Source of the DNA: Chloroflexota bacterium
GTDB taxonomy: Bacteria > Chloroflexota > Dehalococcoidia > Dehalococcoidales > JACQON01
Assembly (NCBI GenBank): GCA_016202545.1
Contig: JACQON010000016.1
Location: 575 to 64,574, forward strand
Reading direction: 5' to 3'
Length of the DNA stretch: 64,000 nt
Shown here: positions 38,091-46,647 of the stretch, one piece after another
Position numbering within the stretch: position 1 is the first letter of the stretch
How the letters are laid out: every line of letters begins with the position of its first letter
The notes under the pieces: model-generated
Seen by the model: only the letters and a program-made list of their open reading frames with translations
Database searches by the model: none
What the model was told of the DNA's origin: nothing
Translations under genes and position numbers: made by a program

Positions 38091-38948
38091 TTATATCGTT
38101 AGCCAGGGGTCCAGGTACATGGTGAGGAAGAGCACGCCCAGGTACGGGAACGCCGATAGCTTGTACAGCCGCCACGCATCCCGGCTGGCGCCAGTAATCA
38201 CAAGCCGGGCGCTGGCATAGATTACCAGAGCACCCAGCACGTTGGCCAACCCCAGGTAAAGCCAGGCAAAACCGCCTATGAAGTAGAGCGCCATCGAGGC
38301 AGCGTACAGCACCAGGGAGAAGACCAGCAGCACCTTTACCGCATCTTTAATCTTCCAGTTCAGGGGAAAGAAGCCCAGTCCGGCGCCAAGATAGTCCTCC
38401 CGGTTGGAAATCATGACGCTCCACACATGAAGCGGCAGCCAGGCCACGATAAGCAGGCACAGAAGCAATAGCTCCCAGCCGAACTCCGGTCTGACAGCAA
38501 ACCAGCCCATGAGCACGGGAGCGCAACCGGCCACCACTCCCTGGGGGAAAACGCAGGTCGCCTTCTTCCGCCATGTAACTGCGGCTATAGTCCCGGCCAG
38601 GTCAGATACGAACACCAGCCAGTGCCACTGCCAGGCCAGTGCCAGGCCGGCGGTGACCAGGATGATATTCATCGGCAGCACCTTTTCCGGGGGGAAGATG
38701 CGCCGGGAGGGCAAAACGCGGTTCCGGGTGCGCCGCATCCTGGCATCAACATGGCGGTCAAGGTAGTTGGTCAGCCCGTTGGCCCCGGCACTGGCCACCA
38801 GGATAGTCAAGGCGATGGGCAGCAGCTCCAGGGACAGGCGGCCGTCGCCGGCAACGATGGCGGCGCAGACGCCGATAAAGGCGAGCAGGCCGCTCTCCCG
38901 CGGCTTCAATACCTCGATATAGTCCCTGACTACAACAGGTGCCCTCAT
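38091..38948 (-). CDS. UbiA-family prenyltransferase (heme O synthase-like)
   Basis: 285 aa, about 8-9 TM segments. NGLTNYLDRHVDARMRRTRNRVLPS matches the N..D...D / RT..RP motif of CtaB/CyoE-type enzymes. Confidence 0.7.
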   Translation of the reverse strand: MRAPVVVRDYIEVLKPRESGLLAFIGVCAAIVAGDGRLSLELLPIALTILVASAGANGLTNYLDRHVDARMRRTRNRVLPSRRIFPPEKVLPMNIILVTAGLALAWQWHWLVFVSDLAGTIAAVTWRKKATCVFPQGVVAGCAPVLMGWFAVRPEFGWELLLLCLLIVAWLPLHVWSVMISNREDYLGAGLGFFPLNWKIKDAVKVLLVFSLVLYAASMALYFIGGFAWLYLGLANVLGALVIYASARLVITGASRDAWRLYKLSAFPYLGVLFLTMYLDPWLTI

Positions 38949-38955
38949 AGCCGCC

Positions 38956-39387
38956 TTAGACTAGGTCTCCGGGATATTCCCTCTTCTCATCCAGGTAGCC
39001 CTGCAGGATAACGGCGGCGGCCGCAGCATCATCCCTGGCCTTTTCTTTATCCCTGCGAGCGCCGGACTCCCGCATCATACGTCTGGCCGAAACCGTGGTC
39101 AAGCGCTCGTCCCTGAACTCCAGCGGAACATTGATGCGCTCGGCCAGCTTCCGCACGAACGCCTGTACCTTCTCCGCCTGATGGCCCAGGCTGCCATCCA
39201 TAGAGCGCGGCAGGCCGACGATGACCTTGCCAACCTCACGCTGGCGGACAATGCTTGAAATCGCCTCCACATCCGCCGCTTCATCGGTGCGGTCGATTAT
39301 GCTGAACGGGCTGGCCAGTATCCCCTCCGGGTCGCTCATGGCTACCCCGATTCTTCTATCACCCACATCAAGGCCTAAGCAGCGCAT
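38956..39387 (-). CDS. ruvX: Putative pre-16S rRNA nuclease / Holliday-junction resolvase-like YqgF
   Basis: 143 aa with LGLDVGDRRIGVAMSD and the VDERLTT-like motif RDERLTTV. Confidence 0.85.
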   Translation of the reverse strand: MRCLGLDVGDRRIGVAMSDPEGILASPFSIIDRTDEAADVEAISSIVRQREVGKVIVGLPRSMDGSLGHQAEKVQAFVRKLAERINVPLEFRDERLTTVSARRMMRESGARRDKEKARDDAAAAAVILQGYLDEKREYPGDLV

Positions 39388-39403
39388 AATCCGCCTCCAA
39401 GCG

Positions 39404-42016
39404 TCATATCAGGGTCTTTACCAGTCCCAGGGCTTCGTCCAGCTTGTCCTTGTACTTACCGCCAGCCTGGGCCAGCGCTGGTTTGCCTCCGCCGCCGCCA
39501 CCGGCTACTTTGGCAACCTGTTTTACTATGGCTCCGGCGTTATAGCCCCTGGCAACCAGGTCCGGGGTCACCGCCGCCAAGAACAGGGGCTTATCTTCGT
39601 AGACCGTGCCCAGGACTATCACGGCGCTCTTTAGCCGCTCTCGAAGCAAGTCGCCCATCTCCCGCAATACCTCAAGGCGGGAAGGCGGCACCCTGGCCGC
39701 CAGCACCTTCACGCCGTTGACCATCTCCGCCTGGGTATGCAAAGACTCGGCCATCTTCCGGGTGACCTCTTTTTCCAAGGCCACGGCCCGCTTGCGCTCC
39801 CTGTCCAGCTCAGCCACCAGCGCCGACACCTTCTCCTCGACATCTTCCACCGAGCCACCTACCGACTGGGCGATTCTCTTCAGACTGGAAACCTGCCGCT
39901 CAATAACGTCCTCGGCGCCCCTGCCGGTGACCGCTTCGATACGCCTCAGGCCGGCGCCGATGCTGCTCTCGCTGACGATGTATAGCAGACCTATCTCGCC
40001 GGTTGAGGCGACATGAGTGCCGCCACACAGCTCAGCGCTGATTGCCGGCTCGCCGACTTTCAACACTCTGACAGTTTCACCGTACTTTTCCTCAAACAGG
40101 GCGATGACACCTTCCTCAATAGCCTTTCTGTAAGGCATCTCTTCACTGGACACCTTCAGGTCCCGGCGAATCTCGTCGTTGACAATCCGGCCCACCTCCT
40201 GAAGCTCCCGCTCCGTTACCGCCCCTGGATGGGAGAAATCGAACCTGAGCCGGTCAGAGGCTACCACCGAGCCACGCTGCTGGACATGCTCGCCCAGTAC
40301 CCGGCGCAGGGCGAACTGGAGCAAATGGGTGGCGGTATGGTTGCGGGCGATGTCCAGCCTGCGCTCGCCGTCCACAACCGCTTCCACCTCTTCTCCCGCC
40401 GCCAGGCTGCCTTCAACTACGCTCCCCTGATGAAGGATACTATCCGGAGGAACCCGAATAGTATTGGTGACCAGAAAACGCCCGCTAGGACCGCGTATTT
40501 CGCCGGTATCGCCCACCTGTCCTCCCATCTCCCCGTAAAAGGGAGTGGACTCCAGGACTACACCCGCCTCCTGCCCCACCGATATTGCGCCCACGGCCTC
40601 ATCGCCCAGGAAAAGGCCAAGGATGACAGAGCTATGCTTGAGAGTATGATAGCCGACAAAGGGAGTTCCCCTTATGTCAAGTCCAGCGCCAAACCTGGCC
40701 GATTCCTTCAGGTCGAACCTGTGGACTGCCCGCGCCCTCTGCCGCTGCTTTTCCATTTCCGCTTTAAAGCCCTCCGAATCCACCGAAAAGCCGCGCTCAG
40801 CGGCGATTTCCCCGGTCAGCTCGACAGGGAAGCCATAGGTGTCATAGAGCTTAAACGCCTCTACGCCCGAAATCACGCTCTCCTTCCTGGCAGCGGCCTC
40901 CGTCATCATCCCCTCTAACAGACCCAGTCCGGTGCTGAGCGTCTCGCCGAACCTCTGCTCCTCAAGCTGGACTACTCTCCTGACCAGTTCCCGCCTCTGC
41001 CTCAGCTCAGGATAGACATGTCCCATTTGCTGGACGGCGATTTCGGCAATCTCAGTCAGGAACGGCTTGTCCAGCCCCAATCTTCTGCCGAAGAGAGCGG
41101 CACGCCGCAGCAGCCGCCGCAGCACGTATCCCCGCCCCTCATTGCCGGGAACCACCCCATCAGCGATGAGGAAAGTCAGGGCACGGCCATGCTCAACGAC
41201 CACCCGCATGGCATTGTCCGCGTCATCGCCGGAGCCATACTTCTTCCCGGCTAACCCGGAGATGCCATCCAGCAATGCCGCAAACAGGTCGGTATCATAG
41301 ACCGATGACTTCCCCTGGACTACGGCAGCCGCCCTCTCCAGTCCCATGCCGGTATCGATGTTTGGCTTCGGCAACGGGGTGCGCTTCCCCTGCTCATCCT
41401 GGTAATATTGAGTAAACACCAGGTTCCAGACCTCGGCAAACCGCCCGCAGTCGCAGTTGGGGCGGCAGGACGGCCGGCCGCAGCCAAACTGCTCTCCAAA
41501 GTCATAGTGGATTTCGCTGCACGGGCCACACGGCCCCGAACTGCCCACCGGGCCCCAGAAATTATCCTCCTCGCCAAATCTCAAAATCCTGTCCTCGGGG
41601 ACACCCATGCTCCGCCACAGGGCAAAGGACTGGTCATCATCGAGGAAAATGGTCGCCCACAGGCGCTCCGGCGCAAGCTTCAGGCGCTGGACCACAAACT
41701 CCCACGCCCAGGCGATGGCCTCTTTCTTGAAGTAATCGCCCACGCTGAAGTTGCCCAGCATCTCGAAAAAGGTGAGGTGAGTGCGGTCGCCCACCTTTTC
41801 AATATCTGTGGTGCGGAAGCATTTCTGACATGACGCCAGGCGGGGGCTGGGCGGCACGGCTTCGCCGGTGAAGTAAGGCTTGAACTGCACCATGCCGGCG
41901 CTGGTGAGGAGCAGGGTGGGGTCGCCATGGGGTATCAGAGAGGAACTGGGGATGGTTTTATGCCCCTTGTCCTCAAAAAAGCGCAAAAATGCGGCGCGGA
42001 GTTCGTCACTGGTCAT
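39404..42016 (-). CDS. alaS: Alanine--tRNA ligase
   Basis: 870 aa with FFEDKGH, class II core motifs, the editing-domain HTATHLL...CGGTH motifs and a C-terminal DHHA1 domain containing GGGGGKP. Confidence 0.95.
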   Translation of the reverse strand: MTSDELRAAFLRFFEDKGHKTIPSSSLIPHGDPTLLLTSAGMVQFKPYFTGEAVPPSPRLASCQKCFRTTDIEKVGDRTHLTFFEMLGNFSVGDYFKKEAIAWAWEFVVQRLKLAPERLWATIFLDDDQSFALWRSMGVPEDRILRFGEEDNFWGPVGSSGPCGPCSEIHYDFGEQFGCGRPSCRPNCDCGRFAEVWNLVFTQYYQDEQGKRTPLPKPNIDTGMGLERAAAVVQGKSSVYDTDLFAALLDGISGLAGKKYGSGDDADNAMRVVVEHGRALTFLIADGVVPGNEGRGYVLRRLLRRAALFGRRLGLDKPFLTEIAEIAVQQMGHVYPELRQRRELVRRVVQLEEQRFGETLSTGLGLLEGMMTEAAARKESVISGVEAFKLYDTYGFPVELTGEIAAERGFSVDSEGFKAEMEKQRQRARAVHRFDLKESARFGAGLDIRGTPFVGYHTLKHSSVILGLFLGDEAVGAISVGQEAGVVLESTPFYGEMGGQVGDTGEIRGPSGRFLVTNTIRVPPDSILHQGSVVEGSLAAGEEVEAVVDGERRLDIARNHTATHLLQFALRRVLGEHVQQRGSVVASDRLRFDFSHPGAVTERELQEVGRIVNDEIRRDLKVSSEEMPYRKAIEEGVIALFEEKYGETVRVLKVGEPAISAELCGGTHVASTGEIGLLYIVSESSIGAGLRRIEAVTGRGAEDVIERQVSSLKRIAQSVGGSVEDVEEKVSALVAELDRERKRAVALEKEVTRKMAESLHTQAEMVNGVKVLAARVPPSRLEVLREMGDLLRERLKSAVIVLGTVYEDKPLFLAAVTPDLVARGYNAGAIVKQVAKVAGGGGGGKPALAQAGGKYKDKLDEALGLVKTLI

Positions 42017-42168
42017 AGCTCATATGATTTTAGTTCAAGCGCGAGTGCCTGTCAACGAAGGAGGCTATCGGCTGACCCTAATCGCCGGGCGCGCCCGCGA
42101 AAGTTGCCGGTGACGGCAACAAACAGTAAAATGGTAAAGAGAGCCTTAAAGAAGACAGCAGGATTAAA

Positions 42169-43107
42169 ATGCACGCGCATAATCATGATAACGCCGGTCA
42201 CCAGGCGCCTTCCGGTGACCGGCAAATAAAGATTGCCCTGGCCATCGTCGTGATGATAATGGTGGCCGAGGTCATCGGCGGCATTCTGAGCAACAGCCTG
42301 GCCTTGCTCAGCGACGCCGGGCATATGCTGGTGGACGCCCTGGCCCTGGGCCTGGCTTTATTCGCCATCATCATGGCCAGGAGACCGGCCACCGAGACCA
42401 GGACATACGGCTACCACCGGGTGGAAATCATGGCCGCCCTGGCCAACGGCGTCACCCTGACTCTGCTTGCCATCTACATTGCCTATGAGGCCTATCAGCG
42501 GTTCGCAGCGCCTCCCGAGGTTCAGGCTTCGCTGATGCTGCTGATAGCTTCAATCGGCCTGGTGGCCAATGTCGCCGCGATGCTGGTGCTGAGGCGGGCA
42601 GGTAGCAGCAGCCTCAACATAAGGGCCGCCCTGTGGCACGTTATCGGAGACACCGTGTCTTCGGTGGGCGTGATTGCCGCCGCCGGCATCATGGCTGTCA
42701 CCGGCTGGTATGTTGCCGACCCCATCATCGCCGTCTTGATTGCCGTCCTGATACTCCTGGGGTCCATCGGCCTGGTAAAGAAATCAGTGGACATCCTCCT
42801 GGAAACGGTGCCCGGGCACGTTGAGATGGACAAGGTGGTAAAGACAATCAAGAACGTTCCAGGTGTGAAACATGTCCACGACGTCCACATCTGGACTATT
42901 ACCTCGAATTTACATGCCCTGAGCGCTCATCTCATCATAGAAGACCAGAGGGTGAGCACGAGCGGGGAAATTGTGGATATGGTTAACCGGGAGCTGTCCC
43001 GTCATTTCAATATCACTCACACCACGCTGCAGCTTGAATGCGGGAATTGCGAGACCTGCCCCAGCGGACTAATCTGCGATATAGGCCATCATAGGAAGCA
43101 GACTTAG
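42169..43107 (+). CDS. czcD: Cation diffusion facilitator (Zn/Co/Cd efflux)
   Basis: 312 aa, six TM segments. Has LLSDAGHMLVDAL and HVIGDTVSS (HxxxD) metal-site motifs and a His-containing N-terminus. Confidence 0.85.
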   Translation: MHAHNHDNAGHQAPSGDRQIKIALAIVVMIMVAEVIGGILSNSLALLSDAGHMLVDALALGLALFAIIMARRPATETRTYGYHRVEIMAALANGVTLTLLAIYIAYEAYQRFAAPPEVQASLMLLIASIGLVANVAAMLVLRRAGSSSLNIRAALWHVIGDTVSSVGVIAAAGIMAVTGWYVADPIIAVLIAVLILLGSIGLVKKSVDILLETVPGHVEMDKVVKTIKNVPGVKHVHDVHIWTITSNLHALSAHLIIEDQRVSTSGEIVDMVNRELSRHFNITHTTLQLECGNCETCPSGLICDIGHHRKQT

Positions 43108-43152
43108 GCGAATTCCCCCAGGGCCAGGAAGGAGCGGGATGCAGGGCGCCGG

Positions 43153-44067
43153 CTATTTTGCCAGCTGTTGCAGATAGCGATGGGCCTGGAGAACGGCCTT
43201 GGCACCCTCGCCAGCGGCAACGATGATTTGTTTCTCAGGCACATCGGTAACGTCGCCGGCGGCATAAAGTCCGGGCATGGTCGTTTCATTGGCGCAGCTA
43301 ACGGGCACCTCGCCCCACTTATTAAGCTCTATCAAGTCCTTTACCGGCTCGGAGTTGGGCGCCAGGCCAATCTCGATGAAGACCCCACTGGCATCCAATC
43401 GCTTTTCCTCGCCAGTGACCAGGCCCTTTATCACTATCCCGCTGACAAAGGCATTGCCGTATATCTTCTCGGTCTGGTACTGTGCGTACACGCTTACGTT
43501 GCTGGCTTCCACCAGCTTCTCAATGAGGATGATATCTGCAGTAAGCGGGGTCAGTGACACCAGGTCGACGTGCTCGGCGATTCTCACCATGTCCAGCGCC
43601 GCCCCCACCGCCGAGTTGCCCCCACCCACTATAGCCACCCTCTGCCCGGCAAAGACCGGGCCGTCACAGATAGCGCAGTAGGAGACCCCTTTGCCGGCGA
43701 ACTCCGCCTCTCCGGACACGCCCAGCTTCTTCGGTCTCTTTCCGGTAGCGAAGAGCACCACCCTGGCCTGAAACCCGTCGCCGGTTTCGGATATGGCTTC
43801 AAAGCCATCGGTAATCTCGCCCAGTCGGGAAATCCTGGTGCCGATTTTCTGGTCGATGGGGAACTGGCTTACCTGGCTCTCGAATTTGGCGATAAGCTCG
43901 GCACCCTCGATGAACTGGTAGCCCAGGTAGTTCTCGATGCCCAGGGTCTGGTTTACCTGTCCGCCAATATCACCGCTGACCAGCAATGCCTTGAGCCGCT
44001 TGCGGGCGGCATACACGGCGGCGGCCAGCCCTGCCGGACCGGCGCCGATTATCATCAACTCATGCAT
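43153..44067 (-). CDS. trxB: Thioredoxin-disulfide reductase-like flavoprotein
   Basis: 304 aa with IIGAGPAGLAAAVYAAR, the redox CAICDG motif, GGGNSA (NADPH site) and YAAGDV. Confidence 0.8.
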   Translation of the reverse strand: MHELMIIGAGPAGLAAAVYAARKRLKALLVSGDIGGQVNQTLGIENYLGYQFIEGAELIAKFESQVSQFPIDQKIGTRISRLGEITDGFEAISETGDGFQARVVLFATGKRPKKLGVSGEAEFAGKGVSYCAICDGPVFAGQRVAIVGGGNSAVGAALDMVRIAEHVDLVSLTPLTADIILIEKLVEASNVSVYAQYQTEKIYGNAFVSGIVIKGLVTGEEKRLDASGVFIEIGLAPNSEPVKDLIELNKWGEVPVSCANETTMPGLYAAGDVTDVPEKQIIVAAGEGAKAVLQAHRYLQQLAK

Positions 44068-44099
44068 GACTCCCCTCGGGCAGGGTCATCCTGCCGGTG

Positions 44100-44336
44100 T
44101 TACTTCAACAGCAGCTTATCCAGCTTGGCCTGGTCAAAACCTACTACCAGGTCGTTGTCAACCACGATTACGGGCACGCCCATTTGCCCCGATTTCTCTA
44201 TCATCTCCCTGGCCTTTTCCCTGTCCTCAGCCACGTTAAACTCCTGGTAAGCGATGCCTTTTCGAGTGAGGTAGTCCTTCGCCCTCTTGCAGTAGGGACA
44301 GGTTGGGGTGGAATAGACGACTACTTTAGCGGCCAT
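44100..44336 (-). CDS. Glutaredoxin-like (NrdH/YruB-type) small redoxin
   Basis: Start trimmed to ATG 44336, 6 nt after GGGAGG. Has VVVYSTPTCPYCKRAKDYL and GVPVIVV. Confidence 0.75.
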   Translation of the reverse strand: MAAKVVVYSTPTCPYCKRAKDYLTRKGIAYQEFNVAEDREKAREMIEKSGQMGVPVIVVDNDLVVGFDQAKLDKLLLK

Positions 44337-44457
44337 TCTGATGCCTCCCTTCACGATAGTAATGGCAAGCAAGTCTCTGCCAGGAGCTCCCGGGATGCTC
44401 GGCGATGCCTGCGGCAGGGGATTGAAAGCCCGGCCGGCTGATTATGCTTTGACGCGC

Positions 44458-44506
44458 AGTGGCAGCGGAGGGATTTGAACCCACGACCAAAGGCTTATGA
44501 GTCCTC
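44458..44506 (-). repeat. att-type direct repeat: duplicated 3' portion of tRNA(CAT)
   Basis: Matches 58847..58895 at 48/49 positions (T at 44476 versus C at 58865). Identity stops at 44507/58896, inside the anticodon stem. Confidence 0.85.
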
Positions 44507-45456
44507 AGAGCTGCCTCAAATTACTTAACAATTTAAGTGTATCACAGCTTGCGGAGTTAAGTAAACTAAGCAAATCTTACATTTCCCAGGTTAAGCACGG
44601 TAAATGCCCGCCGTCTCAAAAACTCCTTGAGAGTCTTTTCCATTTTTGGATACAACACACAAAGACACAAACGAATTATCTGGCTCAATTCCTGCAGTCC
44701 AGGCAGGCAAGCGAAGCATCATCTGGAAGCCTGCTTTTCTATAGGGTAAAACTCAGCAGATTCCTCAACGACCTGAATGCCGACACAGCTACAAGCAGGG
44801 ACATAGAGGAGTTCTTACTCCAGTTCCATAACCCCGGAAACCGCCATGCCTACTACCGGGTAATCAAAACCTTCTATAACTGGCGTGAGGAGACCTTCAA
44901 TGTGCCCAACCCAATGAAGAAAGTTAAAGCCCCAAGACTAGCCAAGCTCATTCTGCCTAGCCTAACCGTCGAGCAGGTGTCCACCCTGCTGGACAGGGTG
45001 GACAAAGTCCGAGATAAAGCCATAATCGCCCTATTTACCGACGGTGGGTTAAGGCTATCCGAACTGACCAACATTAAGCTGCAGGATATTGACTGGGAGA
45101 CTAGAACCATCAGAGTCATCGGTAAGAGTCGGAAAGAAGCCTTAGCCCCGTTTGGGAAACTATCTGAGCGATATCTTAGAGAATGGTTAAGCCAGTATGT
45201 GCCTGTTGGCAACGTCTGGGGACTCAATCAGTGGGGTATAATCTCTATGTTTAGAAGGCTTAGGGCTTCTACCGGGCTTCCATGTAATCCGCATACTTTC
45301 CGGCGGACTTTCGCCACTTTGCTCAGAAAGTCTGGGCTAGACGTCATGACCATAAAGGACCTAGGCCGATGGGAAAGTCTGGAGATGGTGCAGAGGTATA
45401 CGCGCTCAGTCAGCTTTCGTGATTGTTTGAAGTTTTACAGAGCACCTCTCTCTTGA
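44497..45456 (+). CDS. Tyrosine recombinase/integrase with N-terminal Xre-like HTH
   Basis: 319 aa with LSVSQLAELSKLSKSYISQVKHG (HTH), GGLRLSEL, HTFRRTFATLL and LEMVQRYTRS (catalytic Tyr). The only in-frame start codon is the ATG at 44497, inside the att repeat. Confidence 0.8.
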   Translation: MSPQSCLKLLNNLSVSQLAELSKLSKSYISQVKHGKCPPSQKLLESLFHFWIQHTKTQTNYLAQFLQSRQASEASSGSLLFYRVKLSRFLNDLNADTATSRDIEEFLLQFHNPGNRHAYYRVIKTFYNWREETFNVPNPMKKVKAPRLAKLILPSLTVEQVSTLLDRVDKVRDKAIIALFTDGGLRLSELTNIKLQDIDWETRTIRVIGKSRKEALAPFGKLSERYLREWLSQYVPVGNVWGLNQWGIISMFRRLRASTGLPCNPHTFRRTFATLLRKSGLDVMTIKDLGRWESLEMVQRYTRSVSFRDCLKFYRAPLS

Positions 45457-45733
45457 ATGAAGCTAGGCTCTTCAAAACCAGATTTCACCTTTGGGTTGGA
45501 GGACAGGCCCCGCCCAGAAGTAAAACCGGAAAGATAATTGCATTGCCCGTAGATTCAATGCCCTGCTCGTATTCATTGGGTTTTGGTTTTACCACGGCTA
45601 CCGGGATTAGTTCCGTGATGAGCAGCGGCTTCTTCACTGCACAAGCAAGCAATTGTGCTTCAAAACAGGCTCTCGCTATTGACAGAATTGGTCGGTATAG
45701 TGTATCGTTCCCACCCAGAAGGGAGGTGAACAG

Positions 45734-45874
45734 ATGCAAGGATATTGCGTGAAGTGCCACACCAAGAGGGAAATAAGGAATACCAGGAGCATAACTATGA
45801 AGAACGGTAAGCCGGCAACTCAGGGTGTGTGCCCCGTATGTAGTACTAAGATGTTCAGAATCGGGAAGAGCTAA
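45734..45874 (+). CDS. 46-aa zinc-ribbon protein (resembles DUF5679-type small proteins), copy B
   Basis: MQGYCVKCHTKREIRNTRSITMKNGKPATQGVCPVCSTKMFRIGKS, with GGGAGG 6 nt upstream of the ATG. Differs from copy A by four residues (H9R, I14M, T17A, S37G) plus three synonymous changes. Confidence 0.65.
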   Translation: MQGYCVKCHTKREIRNTRSITMKNGKPATQGVCPVCSTKMFRIGKS

Positions 45875-45902
45875 AGCTGGTTTACCGTTACTACCATTAC
45901 TG

Positions 45903-45943
45903 GAAAGGCTGGGTATCAGTATGCTGAGAATACCCAGCCTTTC
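45903..45943 (+). terminator. Hairpin downstream of the small Zn-ribbon gene (copy B)
   Basis: 14-bp stem GAAAGGCTGGGTAT/ATACCCAGCCTTTC followed by TGCT. Confidence 0.5.
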
Positions 45944-46187
45944 TGCTAATTAGCATACAAAATGGACTTTTGTGACCCTCGCATTACAATTTACTAGAAT
46001 GTGACCTGAAGCCGAAAAGCTATCAGATTATCCAGCTTCTTGCGAAGATTGTGAACGGCACACCACTGGTTCAAGTTTCGTAGCGTCTACCTGAAGCATT
46101 TGAATTACTTTACAAGTTGCACTGTGATTACCGCCACTTCAATATCTCTTCTTGGTGTTAATAGTTGCTATCCCTTTGCCAAAGATT

Positions 46188-46568
46188 CTATATAAAGTTA
46201 CTAATCGTATCCAGTAATTCCTGCGGTTTGAATGGCTTAGTTATATATCCACTGGCACCTGTACTGGCAGCGAGATCCTTATTAAGCTGGTAGCCTACGC
46301 CGGTCAGCATGACGATAGGGATTGCGTTAGTAGTTTGGTTCGCTTTAATTTCGGCGCAAGCGGTAATGCCGTCTTTTTTAGGCATCATCATATCCATCAA
46401 AATAATATCTGGTTTATGCCTTTGACTTAGGTTCACTGCCTCTTCCCCATTGCTTGCCTCGATTACAGAATAGCTGTTTCCTAAAACCCTCTTTACAGAA
46501 TAGATTATTGACGGGTCATCATCTGCTACCAACACCTTCTTTTTACTTAACTTGGCTTGCTCGGTCAT
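46188..46568 (-). CDS. Single-domain (CheY-like) response regulator
   Basis: 126 aa, receiver domain only, with VLVADDD, ILMDMMMPKKDG and a conserved Lys region (ITKPF). Confidence 0.85.
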   Translation of the reverse strand: MTEQAKLSKKKVLVADDDPSIIYSVKRVLGNSYSVIEASNGEEAVNLSQRHKPDIILMDMMMPKKDGITACAEIKANQTTNAIPIVMLTGVGYQLNKDLAASTGASGYITKPFKPQELLDTISNFI

Positions 46569-46647
46569 TGCGACTACCTCCCACTGAAATCTAAATCTTT
46601 TTCATAGACTTGATACCAAGTGTCTCAAATGACGCTTACGCTAATAA

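Larger units (their letters stand above)
45676..45967 (+). repeat. Copy B of the ~292-bp Zn-ribbon gene module (inverted relative to copy A at 11599..11890)
   Basis: See copy A: 10 mismatches in 292 bp by manual alignment. Confidence 0.85.

Noticed and set aside
42040-42168. Possible NiCo (czcD-motif) riboswitch or other leader upstream of czcD
   Set aside because: I see only a GC palindrome (42084..42095) and one hairpin (GTTGCCG-GTGA-CGGCAAC, 42101..42118). I cannot recognise the multi-stem junction or conserved nucleotides of the czcD motif from memory. Not reportable without an Infernal search.
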